Shown one piece after another: positions 34,898 through 45,035 of a DNA stretch of 64,000 bases (position 1 is its first letter; each line of letters begins with the position of its first letter). The position numbers were made by a program, and so were the translations under genes. The stretch comes from an uncultured Bacteroidales bacterium (GTDB lineage Bacteria; Bacteroidota; Bacteroidia; Bacteroidales; UBA10428). Location of the stretch: the NCBI GenBank assembly GCA_964592225.1, contig CAZQCO010000010.1, forward strand, positions 142 through 64,141, given 5' to 3'. The notes below the pieces were generated by a model. It was not told the origin of the DNA and did no database searches. It saw only the letters and a program-made list of their open reading frames with translations.

Positions 34898-36046
34898 TTA
34901 AGAAAGTTTTTGAAACGATTTCCACCAAAGATCGGGAACTTCTTGCTCGCACGCCTTTTGATAATCGGAATAGGAACAGGATACCATTACAGAAGTTTTA
35001 CTTTTTGGACTGGGGACTTCCATCCACCAGCGTTCACTTACCAGACTTTTATAGAATGTCATCTCGTAATCCAGATCAGTATGGCCAACGATGAAGGTTT
35101 TAAAGTTCTTGTTTTCACTATCGGGGAATTCCGGATTACGACATGAAAATCCATCGAGAAAATACCAGATAATCTGGGCGGCAAGGTTCGAAGTCTGGTC
35201 TATTACATCATGTTTAGGATTAACTTCAAATAAACCGAAAACCATTACACGGTCGCTAATGCCTGAATATCGACTCAACTGACAGGCCTCTTCAGCATAG
35301 AAGCCACTTGGTGAGGGATTTACATGAGCCGGTGCATCAGCCTGACGGACGGCACTAATGTCAAAACTTACTATATCGCTATCGCGCAGAATGGGTTCAA
35401 CAGCACTTATATTTGAACGAACTTCTCCCAGACGATAAATATCATGATATAATTTTCCTATTAGGTCGATATTTTCTTTATCGGTAACATGTATTTGATG
35501 TCCAAGATTACAATATTTAAATAGAAGGCGTTTTTTAAATATAAGTTCGGTAAGATACGATTCAGCTGTAGGCTTTATCAGATCTTTCACGATATCAATT
35601 GTTCTGTCGATAGTGGTAAGATTAATAGTGGTCCTGAAAGATTCAAGGAGATGAAAAACAGGTAAGGTTAATTCCTGTGTACCACCAATAAGAATTACTA
35701 TTATATTATTCGATAATAAAATTCTTACTACTTCTTTCAGTGCAATGTATGTATCGTCATATGTATTTCCTTGTTTTAAATTTCCAAGATCGATTATTTT
35801 ACAATTAATTTTAAATAACTGAAAGAGTTTCGCCCTGATTTTTTCAGGAGCCAGAGATGCCCCTCTGTTAAGTGAATTTCTATCTTCGGGGACTCCTAAC
35901 AGGGCAATCTGATAATTATCTGATATTTCAGGCCTGTGATCCGGGGTATGTATTTCGATATTTTTTCCAAAAATATTTGGATTTGATATAAGATGTTCCT
36001 CAGGTTTTTCAAGGCTTACGGGATCGAGAAAATCATACAGTTCCAT
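34898..36046 (-). CDS. Arginase/formimidoylglutamase family protein
   Basis: 382 aa. The ureohydrolase-like core contains GGTQELT and DISAVRQADAP segments. It starts 3 nt after the topA stop. Confidence 0.65.
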   Translation of the reverse strand: MELYDFLDPVSLEKPEEHLISNPNIFGKNIEIHTPDHRPEISDNYQIALLGVPEDRNSLNRGASLAPEKIRAKLFQLFKINCKIIDLGNLKQGNTYDDTYIALKEVVRILLSNNIIVILIGGTQELTLPVFHLLESFRTTINLTTIDRTIDIVKDLIKPTAESYLTELIFKKRLLFKYCNLGHQIHVTDKENIDLIGKLYHDIYRLGEVRSNISAVEPILRDSDIVSFDISAVRQADAPAHVNPSPSGFYAEEACQLSRYSGISDRVMVFGLFEVNPKHDVIDQTSNLAAQIIWYFLDGFSCRNPEFPDSENKNFKTFIVGHTDLDYEMTFYKSLVSERWWMEVPSPKSKTSVMVSCSYSDYQKACEQEVPDLWWKSFQKLS

Positions 36047-36049
36047 GTA

Positions 36050-38377
36050 CTATTTTTTTGATTTTTTTGAGTCAGGTGCTGCACTGATAATTTTCATGCA
36101 ATCATCTTTAGTCAGTTCCGAAGGAGTCACTTTTTTCGGAATCCTGTAGTTTTTCTTGTTGTAGGAAATATAAGGACCCCAGCGGCCATTTAAAATCTGC
36201 AGATCAGGTTCGTCGGAGAATGTTTTGATAACCCGGTTTTTATCCTGTTCGATCTTTTCATTTATCAGTTCAATAGCTCTCTTCTGATCAATTTCATAAG
36301 GATCATCAATTCCTTTCTTCAGCGAATAAAACTTGTTGTTGTGCCGGACATAAGGACCAAACCGACCTATTCCTACTACCATTTCATTGCCTTCAAATTC
36401 ACCAAGGCTTCTTGGCAGTTGAAATAAGGTTAAAGCTTCTTCAAGGCTTATAGTTTCAAGTTGTTGACCTTTTAGTAAGCTGGCATACCTTGGCTTTTCA
36501 TCCGATTCGGTATCGGCAATTCCTATCTGAACAATCGGACCATACCTCCCCATTCTTGCAACAACTGGTTTTCCTGTACCAGGATCAATTCCGATCTCTC
36601 GTTCTCCTTTCGAATAATTTGAAACCTCAATGGTTTTCTCAACTGTTTTATGGAAAGGTTTATAAAAACTGTCGATCATTTTTGTCCATTCTATTTTACC
36701 GGATGCAATTTCATCAAACTCCTTTTCTACAGTGGCGGTGAAATTATAGTCCATAATTTCCTTAAAATATTCAACAAGAAAATCATTTACAATCATTCCA
36801 ATATTATCAGGAAATAGTTTCGCTTTTTCCCGATTATAGAATTCTGATTGTTCAGACTTCGTAATATTCTTATTTTTCAAAGTAAGGACAATGAATTTCC
36901 GTTCTTTTCCTTCGCGGTCTTCTTTAATTACGTAACCCCTGTTCTGGATTGTCGATATTGTGGGAGCATAAGTTGAAGGACGCCCTATGCCTAATTCTTC
37001 AAGCTTTTTTACCAGGCTGGCTTCGGTATAGCGTGGCGGTGGAGAAGTAAAGCGCTGGATGGCTGATATGGTTTCATTTATCAGAAGTTGATCTGATTTT
37101 AAGGGAGGTAGGAACCCTTTGGTTTCGTCTTCACTGGTTTCATCATCACTTGATTCAATATAAAGTTTTAAGAACCCATCAAATTTAAGCACTTCACCCT
37201 GGGCAACGAAATTTTCTTCAGCGGTTGATATATCGATAGTAACCGTAGTTTTTTCGAACTGCGCATCGCTCATTTGTGAAGCAAGAGTGCGCTTCCAGAT
37301 AAGCTCATATAAGCGTTTTTCGGCATTTGGGCCATCAATGCTTTTGTTTTCGACGTATGTAGGCCGGATTGCTTCATGTGCCTCTTGCGCCCCTTTCGAT
37401 TTAGTTACATAATTCTTCCGGTTGGAGTATTTTTCTCCAAACTCATCAGCAATCACTTTCTTAGTTGTATTTAATGCCAGCTGTGATAGGTTTACCGAAT
37501 CAGTTCTCATGTATGTAATATGACCTGCCTCATATAGGCGCTGTGCAACTGTCATGGTTTGTGAAACGGAAAATCCAAGTTTCCGGCTGGCTTCCTGTTG
37601 CAATGTTGAAGTAGTAAATGGAGGAGAAGGAGATTTTTTCGTGGGTTTTTTAACAATATCGATAACCTTAAATTCTCCTTTACTACATTTTTCAAGAAAT
37701 GCTAGCGCCTCCTTTTCATCTTTGAATCGCTTGTTTGCTTCGGCTGTAAATGAATAAATCTTGCCTTTTTCGATTCCTTCTGTTTTGAAAAGACCTGTGA
37801 CACGAAAACCCGAATTGGAAGAAAAGCCTGTTATTTCTCTTTCACGCTCAACAATCAGACGTACTGCAACCGATTGAACTCTTCCTGCCGATAAGGAAGG
37901 TCTAACTTTTTTCCATAAAACAGGCGAAAGCTCAAAACCTACCAGTCGATCAAGAATGCGACGGGCTTGCTGGGCGTTAACCAAATTTTGATTGATAGTT
38001 CGATAATTTTTAATGGAATTCTGAATAGCATCTTTTGTAATCTCACTAAAAACAATACGCCGCGTTTTATCCTGACCAAGTTTCAGTACTTCACTCAGGT
38101 GCCATGCTATGGCTTCTCCTTCGCGATCTTCATCGGAAGCCAGCCAGACAGTTTTAGCTTCTTTAGCCAGCTTTTTCAAATCCGATACTACTTTCTTTTT
38201 ATCATTTGGGATAATATATGCAGGCGAATAGTTGTTATTAATATCTATTCCGAAGTCCTTTTTCGAGAGATCACGAATATGGCCCATGCTCGATGCAACA
38301 TGAAACTCTTTACCCAGAAACTTTTCGATCGTTTTTGCTTTGGCAGGCGATTCAACAATTACCAGATTATCGATCAT
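36050..38377 (-). CDS. topA: DNA topoisomerase I
   Basis: 775 aa. Has a TOPRIM N-terminus (LVIVESPAKAKTIEKFLG), the active-site region GHITYMRTDS and C-terminal repeats GR[YFW]GP[IY]. Confidence 0.97.
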   Translation of the reverse strand: MIDNLVIVESPAKAKTIEKFLGKEFHVASSMGHIRDLSKKDFGIDINNNYSPAYIIPNDKKKVVSDLKKLAKEAKTVWLASDEDREGEAIAWHLSEVLKLGQDKTRRIVFSEITKDAIQNSIKNYRTINQNLVNAQQARRILDRLVGFELSPVLWKKVRPSLSAGRVQSVAVRLIVEREREITGFSSNSGFRVTGLFKTEGIEKGKIYSFTAEANKRFKDEKEALAFLEKCSKGEFKVIDIVKKPTKKSPSPPFTTSTLQQEASRKLGFSVSQTMTVAQRLYEAGHITYMRTDSVNLSQLALNTTKKVIADEFGEKYSNRKNYVTKSKGAQEAHEAIRPTYVENKSIDGPNAEKRLYELIWKRTLASQMSDAQFEKTTVTIDISTAEENFVAQGEVLKFDGFLKLYIESSDDETSEDETKGFLPPLKSDQLLINETISAIQRFTSPPPRYTEASLVKKLEELGIGRPSTYAPTISTIQNRGYVIKEDREGKERKFIVLTLKNKNITKSEQSEFYNREKAKLFPDNIGMIVNDFLVEYFKEIMDYNFTATVEKEFDEIASGKIEWTKMIDSFYKPFHKTVEKTIEVSNYSKGEREIGIDPGTGKPVVARMGRYGPIVQIGIADTESDEKPRYASLLKGQQLETISLEEALTLFQLPRSLGEFEGNEMVVGIGRFGPYVRHNNKFYSLKKGIDDPYEIDQKRAIELINEKIEQDKNRVIKTFSDEPDLQILNGRWGPYISYNKKNYRIPKKVTPSELTKDDCMKIISAAPDSKKSKK

Positions 38378-38414
38378 AAATATTTATTTTATTGAACAAC
38401 AAAGAAACATCATT

Positions 38415-38422
38415 CAAATTTA
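38415..38422 (-). promoter_or_regulatory. Candidate -7 promoter box TAAATTTG for topA
   Basis: The plus strand reads caaattta. The box lies 37 nt upstream of the topA ATG (38377). Confidence 0.5.
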
Positions 38423-38480
38423 CGTTCAAAAAAATTAATTTAAATAATTAATACATTTACGATAAAAAGCAACACATATT

Positions 38481-40850
38481 ATGTCAGATCAAAGAAATCC
38501 TTTCTTTAAATATACACGTATCTTATGGATTTTGTTCGCATTACCTTTTTTAGGATTATTCATGCTGATTTTCCTGGCAGCTACTGGTAATCTGGGCTAC
38601 ATGCCAAAAATCGAAGATCTTGAAAATCCGAAAATTAATCTGGCAACTCACCTGATTTCAGCCGATGGAGAGATTTTAGGCAATATTTATTTTGGAAATC
38701 AGAACAGGACTCATGTCGATTACGACCGGTTGCCTAAACACCTTATCGATGCGCTTATAGCTACCGAGGATATTCGTTTTTACCAGCATTCGGGGATCGA
38801 TGTAAAAGGACTTGTACGTGCTTTCATCCTGCGTGGTATCCTGCGTAAGAAAAGTGCCGGGGGAGGAAGTACACTTACCCAGCAATTTGCAAAATTGCTT
38901 TTCCACGAACAGGCAAAAACAAAAATGGAACGTTTGAAACAGAAAATTAATGAATGGGTTATCGCCGTTAAGTTGGAAAGAGCATATACTAAGGAAGAAA
39001 TTATTGCATTGTATTTCAACCAGTACGATTTTCTCTATAATGCCGTGGGCATTCAATCAGCGGCACAGGTTTATTTTAATACATCTCTCGATTCCCTGAA
39101 AATTGAACAATCGGCCATGCTGGTGGGTATGGCTAAAAACTCGGCACTTTACAATCCCAAAAGGTTTCCTGATATTGCTCTACGAAGAAGAAATACTGTT
39201 TTAAGCCAGATGGGGAAATACGGATACATTTCAAAAACTGAAGCAGACTCACTCAAAGCACTGCCACTTACAATTAATTTTCAGCGACTAAGTCATAATA
39301 TAGGTTTGGCAACCTATTTCAGAGAATACTTACGACAAACTATGAGTGCTAAAGAACCCCAACGAAAAAATTACAGTAAATGGAATTATAGTAAATACCA
39401 GGAAGATTCGGCCCGCTGGATCAGGGATCCTCTATACGGATGGTGCAATAAAAATCTGAAACCCGACGGGAACCCTTACGATCTTTATACGGATGGACTC
39501 CGAATATACACTACCATTGATTCGCGTATGCAGGCTTATGCCGAAGCGGCTGTTACCAAACATTTGGGGGAAGAACTTCAGCCAGCATTTTTTAAGGAAA
39601 AGAAAGGCCGCAGGCGTGCCCCTTTTTCCACTGATCTGAAAAACTCGGAAATTGATCAGATAATCCGGCATGCCATAAGATATTCCGACAGAGGCTCAAA
39701 ATTGTATAACCAGGGTATATCGTGGGATTCAATCTATCACACATTTCGCAAACCAGTGCAAATGACTATTTTTAGCTGGAAAGGCGAGAGAGATACCATA
39801 ATGAGTCCGCTCGATTCCATTTTATATTATAAACATTTTCTGAACTGTGGATTCATGGCCATGGAGCCTTATACGGGTTTTGTTAAAGCTTATGTTGGAG
39901 GCATTAATTTTCAATATTTTAAATATGACCATGTCACTCAGGGAAAACGACAATCAGGTTCAACTTTTAAGCCATTTCTTTATATTCTTGCTATGCAGGA
40001 GGGATATTCACCTTGCCGGGAAGTTCCTGTGTCGCCTATTACTTTTTATGTCAATGATACAACCTGGTCGCCACGAACAACTGCAAAGCCTGAAGATATC
40101 AATACCTATAAGCCTTTGAAATGGGGTTTAGCAAAGTCAGAGAATTATGTATCGGCTTGGCTTGTCGATAGGTTCAAACCTCAAGCTATTGCTGATATTG
40201 CCTATAAAATGGGGATAAAAAGCCATATCGATCCGGTACCCTCAATGATATATGGGCCAAGCGATATGTCGGTTGAAGAGATGGTTGCTGCTTATACTTC
40301 TTTTGCCAATAAGGGTATTCATATTGAACCTTCTTACGTGACGCGTATTGAAGATAAATTTGGTAATGTGCTGGCTACTTTTCTTCCTGAAACCTGGGAA
40401 TCGATCAGTGAAGAAACGGCTTATCTGATGCTTAATTTATTGGAAGGAGTGGTTAATTATGGGACCGCTGCCCGGTTACGGGGATCGAAATATCAATTTA
40501 CGGCGACCATTGCAGCCAAAACAGGTACAAGCAATAACAATTCCGATGGCTGGTTTATGGGAATTACTCCTAAACTTGTTGCAGGTGGTTGGGTAGGAGC
40601 AGAGGACCGATCGGTGCATTTTGATCGGACTGCAATGGGTTCGGGATCAAATACTGTTCTTCCCATCTGGGCTGACTTTATGACAAGAATATATACCGAC
40701 TCAACTCTTAATATTACGCAATTGGACGATTTTGAAAAACCCGAAGGTTTCGAAATATCACTCGACTGTAACGATGAGAAATACCTGGAGAATTTAAACA
40801 GGGAAGAAGAATATGAAATGCCAAGCTTCGTAGATGATTACGACGATTGA
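38481..40850 (+). CDS. mrcA: Penicillin-binding protein 1A (bifunctional transglycosylase/transpeptidase)
   Basis: 789 aa. GT51 motifs are ATEDIRFYQHSGID and GGSTLTQQ. Transpeptidase motifs are SGSTFKP and KTGTSNN. Confidence 0.95.
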   Translation: MSDQRNPFFKYTRILWILFALPFLGLFMLIFLAATGNLGYMPKIEDLENPKINLATHLISADGEILGNIYFGNQNRTHVDYDRLPKHLIDALIATEDIRFYQHSGIDVKGLVRAFILRGILRKKSAGGGSTLTQQFAKLLFHEQAKTKMERLKQKINEWVIAVKLERAYTKEEIIALYFNQYDFLYNAVGIQSAAQVYFNTSLDSLKIEQSAMLVGMAKNSALYNPKRFPDIALRRRNTVLSQMGKYGYISKTEADSLKALPLTINFQRLSHNIGLATYFREYLRQTMSAKEPQRKNYSKWNYSKYQEDSARWIRDPLYGWCNKNLKPDGNPYDLYTDGLRIYTTIDSRMQAYAEAAVTKHLGEELQPAFFKEKKGRRRAPFSTDLKNSEIDQIIRHAIRYSDRGSKLYNQGISWDSIYHTFRKPVQMTIFSWKGERDTIMSPLDSILYYKHFLNCGFMAMEPYTGFVKAYVGGINFQYFKYDHVTQGKRQSGSTFKPFLYILAMQEGYSPCREVPVSPITFYVNDTTWSPRTTAKPEDINTYKPLKWGLAKSENYVSAWLVDRFKPQAIADIAYKMGIKSHIDPVPSMIYGPSDMSVEEMVAAYTSFANKGIHIEPSYVTRIEDKFGNVLATFLPETWESISEETAYLMLNLLEGVVNYGTAARLRGSKYQFTATIAAKTGTSNNNSDGWFMGITPKLVAGGWVGAEDRSVHFDRTAMGSGSNTVLPIWADFMTRIYTDSTLNITQLDDFEKPEGFEISLDCNDEKYLENLNREEEYEMPSFVDDYDD

Positions 40851-40861
40851 TTGGAAAATTG

Positions 40862-42244
40862 TCAGGCTTCGTTTTTTGATTTATTTGAAAAAATTTCCCG
40901 AATTGCCTCTTCTATTTTTGAAAGAGTTAATACCCGTATATCTCGGTGCGATTTGCTATACTGTTTCGATTTTGTAAAATCTGGAATAATAATCTTTTTA
41001 AAACCCAATCGTAAAGCTTCCTCAATTCTTTGATCAATACGCATTACTGGTTTTAGTTCACCTGTAAGACTTATTTCTGCCGCAAAACATGTATCAGGAT
41101 CAATTGGGTGATCGAATGTTGAGGAGAGAATGGCACATGCAACAGCCAGATCGGTGGCAGGATCCTGCACTTTCAATCCACCGGCAATATTCAGAAAAAC
41201 ATCTTTTGCGGCAAGGTTGAAACCCGCTTTTCGTTCAAGCACCGCAAGCAGCATATTGAGTCGCTTGGTATCATAGCCTGTGGCTGTACGTTGCGGAGTA
41301 CCATAAACGGCCGAACTAACCAATGCCTGGGCTTCAATAAGAAAAGGACGGGTACCGTCAATAGTCGATGCGATGGCCACACCGCTCTGGGGAATATTGT
41401 TTCTGCTAAGAAATATTTCAGAAGGATTTTTAACTTCATGAAGCCCATCAGCTTCCATTTCGAAAATGGCTAATTCTGAAGTAGACCCAAAACGATTTTT
41501 AAGCGAACGTAGTACACGATATACATATTGATTATCGCCCTCGAACTGTAAAACTGCGTCAACAATATGTTCTAGTAATTTCGGTCCGGCCAGCATTCCA
41601 TCTTTCGTAATATGCCCAATCAGAAGGGTTGGGATCCGGGTAATTTTTGAAAGTTTAAGAAGGCGCGCAGCACATTCACGGATTTGTGTTATACTTCCGG
41701 GACTGGCATCAATTATATCGGTAGTGAGGGTTTGAATAGAATCGATCACTAATAAACCGGGTTTTTCCTGTTCTACCTGGTTCATAATGTTTTCAAGGTT
41801 TACCTCATTGTATACCAGGCATTGCGGATTTTTCATAGAAAGGCGCTCCGCCCTCATACTCAATTGCTCAAGGCTTTCTTCACCTGAAACATACAGGACT
41901 TTCATGTTAATGCCAAGGGCAATTTGTAATGCAAGGGTAGATTTGCCTATTCCGGGTTCGCCACCGAGCAATATCAATGAACCTTGCACGATGCCTCCTC
42001 CAAGCAAGCGGTCTAATTCTTTTATGGAACTGGGAATACGGGCCGCTTTTTCAGGTTCTATATTACCCAATGGAAGAGGTTTTGAAGATGCAGCTTTTGA
42101 GATAGAACTTGGATCGGTTTTAGAAACTATAATTTTTTCCTCAACATAAGTATTCCATTGATTGCATGAAGGACAGCGTCCAATCCATTTTGGAGAATCG
42201 ACACCGCAGTTACGACAAACGAAAACTGTCTTAACTTTTGCCAT
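40862..42244 (-). CDS. radA: DNA repair protein RadA
   Basis: 460 aa. Has an N-terminal zinc finger (CRNCG...CPSC), Walker A (GGEPGIGKST), the KNRFG motif and a Lon-like C-terminal domain. Confidence 0.97.
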   Translation of the reverse strand: MAKVKTVFVCRNCGVDSPKWIGRCPSCNQWNTYVEEKIIVSKTDPSSISKAASSKPLPLGNIEPEKAARIPSSIKELDRLLGGGIVQGSLILLGGEPGIGKSTLALQIALGINMKVLYVSGEESLEQLSMRAERLSMKNPQCLVYNEVNLENIMNQVEQEKPGLLVIDSIQTLTTDIIDASPGSITQIRECAARLLKLSKITRIPTLLIGHITKDGMLAGPKLLEHIVDAVLQFEGDNQYVYRVLRSLKNRFGSTSELAIFEMEADGLHEVKNPSEIFLSRNNIPQSGVAIASTIDGTRPFLIEAQALVSSAVYGTPQRTATGYDTKRLNMLLAVLERKAGFNLAAKDVFLNIAGGLKVQDPATDLAVACAILSSTFDHPIDPDTCFAAEISLTGELKPVMRIDQRIEEALRLGFKKIIIPDFTKSKQYSKSHRDIRVLTLSKIEEAIREIFSNKSKNEA

Positions 42245-42245
42245 A

Positions 42246-42743
42246 TTATAATTTCAGGGTATCTGTCTTATTAATTATACCTGTTGTGGAATAACCTTTA
42301 ATGAATTCCAGTGTAACGACCTGACCACCTTTAGCTTTTACCAGATCGTATCCTACAATATCTTCAATTTTGTAATCGCCTCCTTTAACCAATACATCCG
42401 GTTGAACTTTTTCTATAAGTTTATAGGGCGTGTCCTCATCGAATAGAGTAACTGCGTGAACAAAATTCAATGACGCCAAAATCATGGCCCGGGCATTCTC
42501 ATCCTGAACAGGTCGTGAGGGCCCTTTCAGACGGCGAACGGAATTATCGGTATTCAATCCAATGATAAGAACATCACCATATCCGGCTGCTTTTGACAGG
42601 TATTCAATATGACCCCGGTGCAGAATATCAAAACAACCGTTAGTGAATACTATTTTTTGTTCAAGAAAGCGCCAGATAGCAAGCTGTCTGCTTAGATGTA
42701 CGCTATCCAGAATTTTGGTTCTGATGGGTTCTAATTTATCCAT
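42246..42743 (-). CDS. D-glycero-beta-D-manno-heptose-1-phosphate adenylyltransferase-like cytidylyltransferase (RfaE domain II type)
   Basis: 165 aa. Contains the TNGCFDILHRGHIEYL (HxGH) motif and the C-terminal STTGII. Confidence 0.8.
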   Translation of the reverse strand: MDKLEPIRTKILDSVHLSRQLAIWRFLEQKIVFTNGCFDILHRGHIEYLSKAAGYGDVLIIGLNTDNSVRRLKGPSRPVQDENARAMILASLNFVHAVTLFDEDTPYKLIEKVQPDVLVKGGDYKIEDIVGYDLVKAKGGQVVTLEFIKGYSTTGIINKTDTLKL

Positions 42744-42812
42744 AAAGCTTCACTTTACAGGTAAAAATAATAAACTAAAACCGGATTTAGGATGAATAAT
42801 GCAATTGAACGA

Positions 42813-43163
42813 TTATTGAAGGGTATTTGTCTCGGAGTTCGGGAATATAATCCGGGGTTTGAAATTTTTGGCTTCTTTGAATTCAAGGCTGGCAAATGAG
42901 AGGATAATAATTATGTCGCCGACGGCTACTTTACGGGCTGCAGGGCCATTAAGACAAATTTCTCCGGAGCCTCTTTTCCCCTTGATAACGTAGGTATCCA
43001 ACCGCTCACCATTGTTAACGTTCATCACCTGCACTTTTTCATTCTCAATTAAGTTAGCTGCATCCATCAAATCCTCATCAATAGTAATGCTGCCAACGTA
43101 ATGTAAATTAGCCTCAGTAACCTTAACCTGGTGAATTTTCGATTTAACTACCTCTATAAACAT
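42813..43163 (-). CDS. panD: Aspartate 1-decarboxylase
   Basis: 116 aa. [23 protein letters not shown] contains the self-processing G-S site. Confidence 0.95.
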   Translation of the reverse strand: MFIEVVKSKIHQVKVTEANLHYVGSITIDEDLMDAANLIENEKVQVMNVNNGERLDTYVIKGKRGSGEICLNGPAARKVAVGDIIIILSFASLEFKEAKNFKPRIIFPNSETNTLQ

Positions 43164-43175
43164 CGCATTGCAAAT

Positions 43176-44021
43176 TTACGAAATTAATTGGATATTATCT
43201 ATGAGTCGAACACTATCTGCAAATACCGCAATACAAGCAGTGACGGGTATTTCAGGCGTTAATTCCTTAATTTGACTGAGGGTGAAAGTATCGACAATCT
43301 GAAAATACTCAAGTTTTAAAAGTGAACTGGCATTAATTGTCGCTTCGACGAAGGAATTAATTGTAGGAATATCGTTCCGGTAAATCATTTCGTTTACTTT
43401 ATATAAAGTCTCGTATATCATAGGGGCAGCTTTTCGTTGATCGGGCGTAAGGAGAGCATTTCTGGAACTCATGGCAAGTCCGTCAGCTTCGCGTATTATC
43501 GGACATTCAACAATTTCAATAGAATAATTTAAATCGTGTATAAGTTTCCTTATGATGCTAAGTTGCTGAAAATCCTTCCTGCCAAAATAAGCTCTATGAG
43601 GATTGACCGCATCAAATAATTTGGTAACAATTTGTGCAACACCGTTGAAATGGCCCGGACGATATTTTCCTTCCATTATTGTTCCCATCATTCCAAAGTC
43701 GAACTCACGTGTGTCTGCTGAAGGATACATTTCATCGTCGCCGGGAAGGAAAACTATATGGCAGCCGTTTTCTTTCAAGAGATCCAAGTCGCTCTGAAAA
43801 TTTCTCGGATAGTTACGAAAGTCGTTCTTGTCATTGAATTGTGAAGGATTCACATAAATACTGACAACTGAAATATCATCTTTTGCAAGGCATTGCTTTA
43901 GCAATGATAAATGTCCTTTATGCAATGCTCCCATTGTGGGGACAAACCCAATTTGATAGTTCTTGCTGCGATATTCTCTCAGCGCAGATTGAAGTGATAT
44001 TATTGTTGTATATATTTTCAT
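43176..44021 (-). CDS. panC: Pantoate--beta-alanine ligase
   Basis: 281 aa. Contains VPTMGALHKGHLSL, GKYRPGHFNGV and FGRKDFQQL. Confidence 0.95.
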   Translation of the reverse strand: MKIYTTIISLQSALREYRSKNYQIGFVPTMGALHKGHLSLLKQCLAKDDISVVSIYVNPSQFNDKNDFRNYPRNFQSDLDLLKENGCHIVFLPGDDEMYPSADTREFDFGMMGTIMEGKYRPGHFNGVAQIVTKLFDAVNPHRAYFGRKDFQQLSIIRKLIHDLNYSIEIVECPIIREADGLAMSSRNALLTPDQRKAAPMIYETLYKVNEMIYRNDIPTINSFVEATINASSLLKLEYFQIVDTFTLSQIKELTPEIPVTACIAVFADSVRLIDNIQLIS

Positions 44022-44034
44022 ATTGAAAATCGCG

Positions 44035-44042
44035 CAAATTTA
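44035..44042 (-). promoter_or_regulatory. Candidate -7 promoter box TAAATTTG for the panC operon
   Basis: The plus strand reads caaattta. The box lies only 13 nt upstream of the panC ATG, which implies a very short leader, so this call is weaker. Confidence 0.3.
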
Positions 44043-44170
44043 AATAATTTCTGAACGGGACAGTAGCGATCATTCATCAAAACATAGTTATTCGGGACTT
44101 CGGCGACCTGGTTTAGTCAAAATAAAATAAGCTCATTATCTTGTTGGTTCACTATTGAAAATATTTTTCG

Positions 44171-44178
44171 TAATTTTG
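44171..44178 (+). promoter_or_regulatory. Candidate -7 promoter box TAATTTTG
   Basis: Lies 29 nt upstream of the ATG at 44208. Confidence 0.5.
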
Positions 44179-44207
44179 CAGCTAGTTTCGGAAATATAGA
44201 GCAGCAG

Positions 44208-45035
44208 ATGGAAAGTAAAAAAGTATTGTTTATTTCACAAGAAATCACTCCCTATCTTCCAGAATCAGAATTATCGCTTATTGGCCGAAATCTTCCTCAG
44301 GGTATACAGGACAAAGGGAAAGAAATCCGTACTTTCATGCCCAGGTTTGGCTGTATAAACGAACGCAGAAATCAACTTCACGAAGTGATTCGCTTATCGG
44401 GGATGAATTTGATTATTGATGATACGGACCATCCATTAATAATAAAAGTAGCATCTATTCAGGCTGCACGGATGCAGGTTTATTTTATAGATAATGATGA
44501 ATATTTTCAGAGGAAATCGATGCTCAAGGATACAAAAGGTGTTTTATGCAAGGATAATGATGAACGAGCCATATTTTTTGCCCGCGGAGTAATTGAAACT
44601 GTGAAGAAATTACAATGGGCACCCGACCTGATACATTGTCAGGGTTGGTTTACCAGCCTGGTACCCTTGTATATTAAAAAGTTTTATCACGACGATCCGC
44701 TATTTATGGATTCGAGCGTAGTGACCTCAATTTACGATTATGATTTTCAAGGTTCGCTAGACAGCAGGATGATTCAGAAGTTAGTGTGGGATGGTATTGA
44801 TATCAAAGATCTGGAAGTTATTAAGACTGCCAACTATATAAATTTAATGAAACTGGCAATCAAATTTTCAGATGGCCTTATAATGGGAAGTGAAAAAATT
44901 AACGGGGATGTACAACAATTTGCTTCAAAATCCGATTTACCTATATTGGAGTATCAACCAGAAGATGCATATGTTGAAGCATACTCAGATTTTTATGATA
45001 AAATACTAAGTGAAGTAGTTGATGGAGCAAAATAA
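44208..45035 (+). CDS. Half-size glycogen/starch synthase-like protein (N-terminal GT5 domain only)
   Basis: 275 aa. KVLFISQEITPY...FMPRFG...YFIDNDEYF...RAIFFARG...PDLIHCQGWFTSL matches the N-terminal half of GlgA. No C-terminal Rossmann half is present. Confidence 0.7.
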   Translation: MESKKVLFISQEITPYLPESELSLIGRNLPQGIQDKGKEIRTFMPRFGCINERRNQLHEVIRLSGMNLIIDDTDHPLIIKVASIQAARMQVYFIDNDEYFQRKSMLKDTKGVLCKDNDERAIFFARGVIETVKKLQWAPDLIHCQGWFTSLVPLYIKKFYHDDPLFMDSSVVTSIYDYDFQGSLDSRMIQKLVWDGIDIKDLEVIKTANYINLMKLAIKFSDGLIMGSEKINGDVQQFASKSDLPILEYQPEDAYVEAYSDFYDKILSEVVDGAK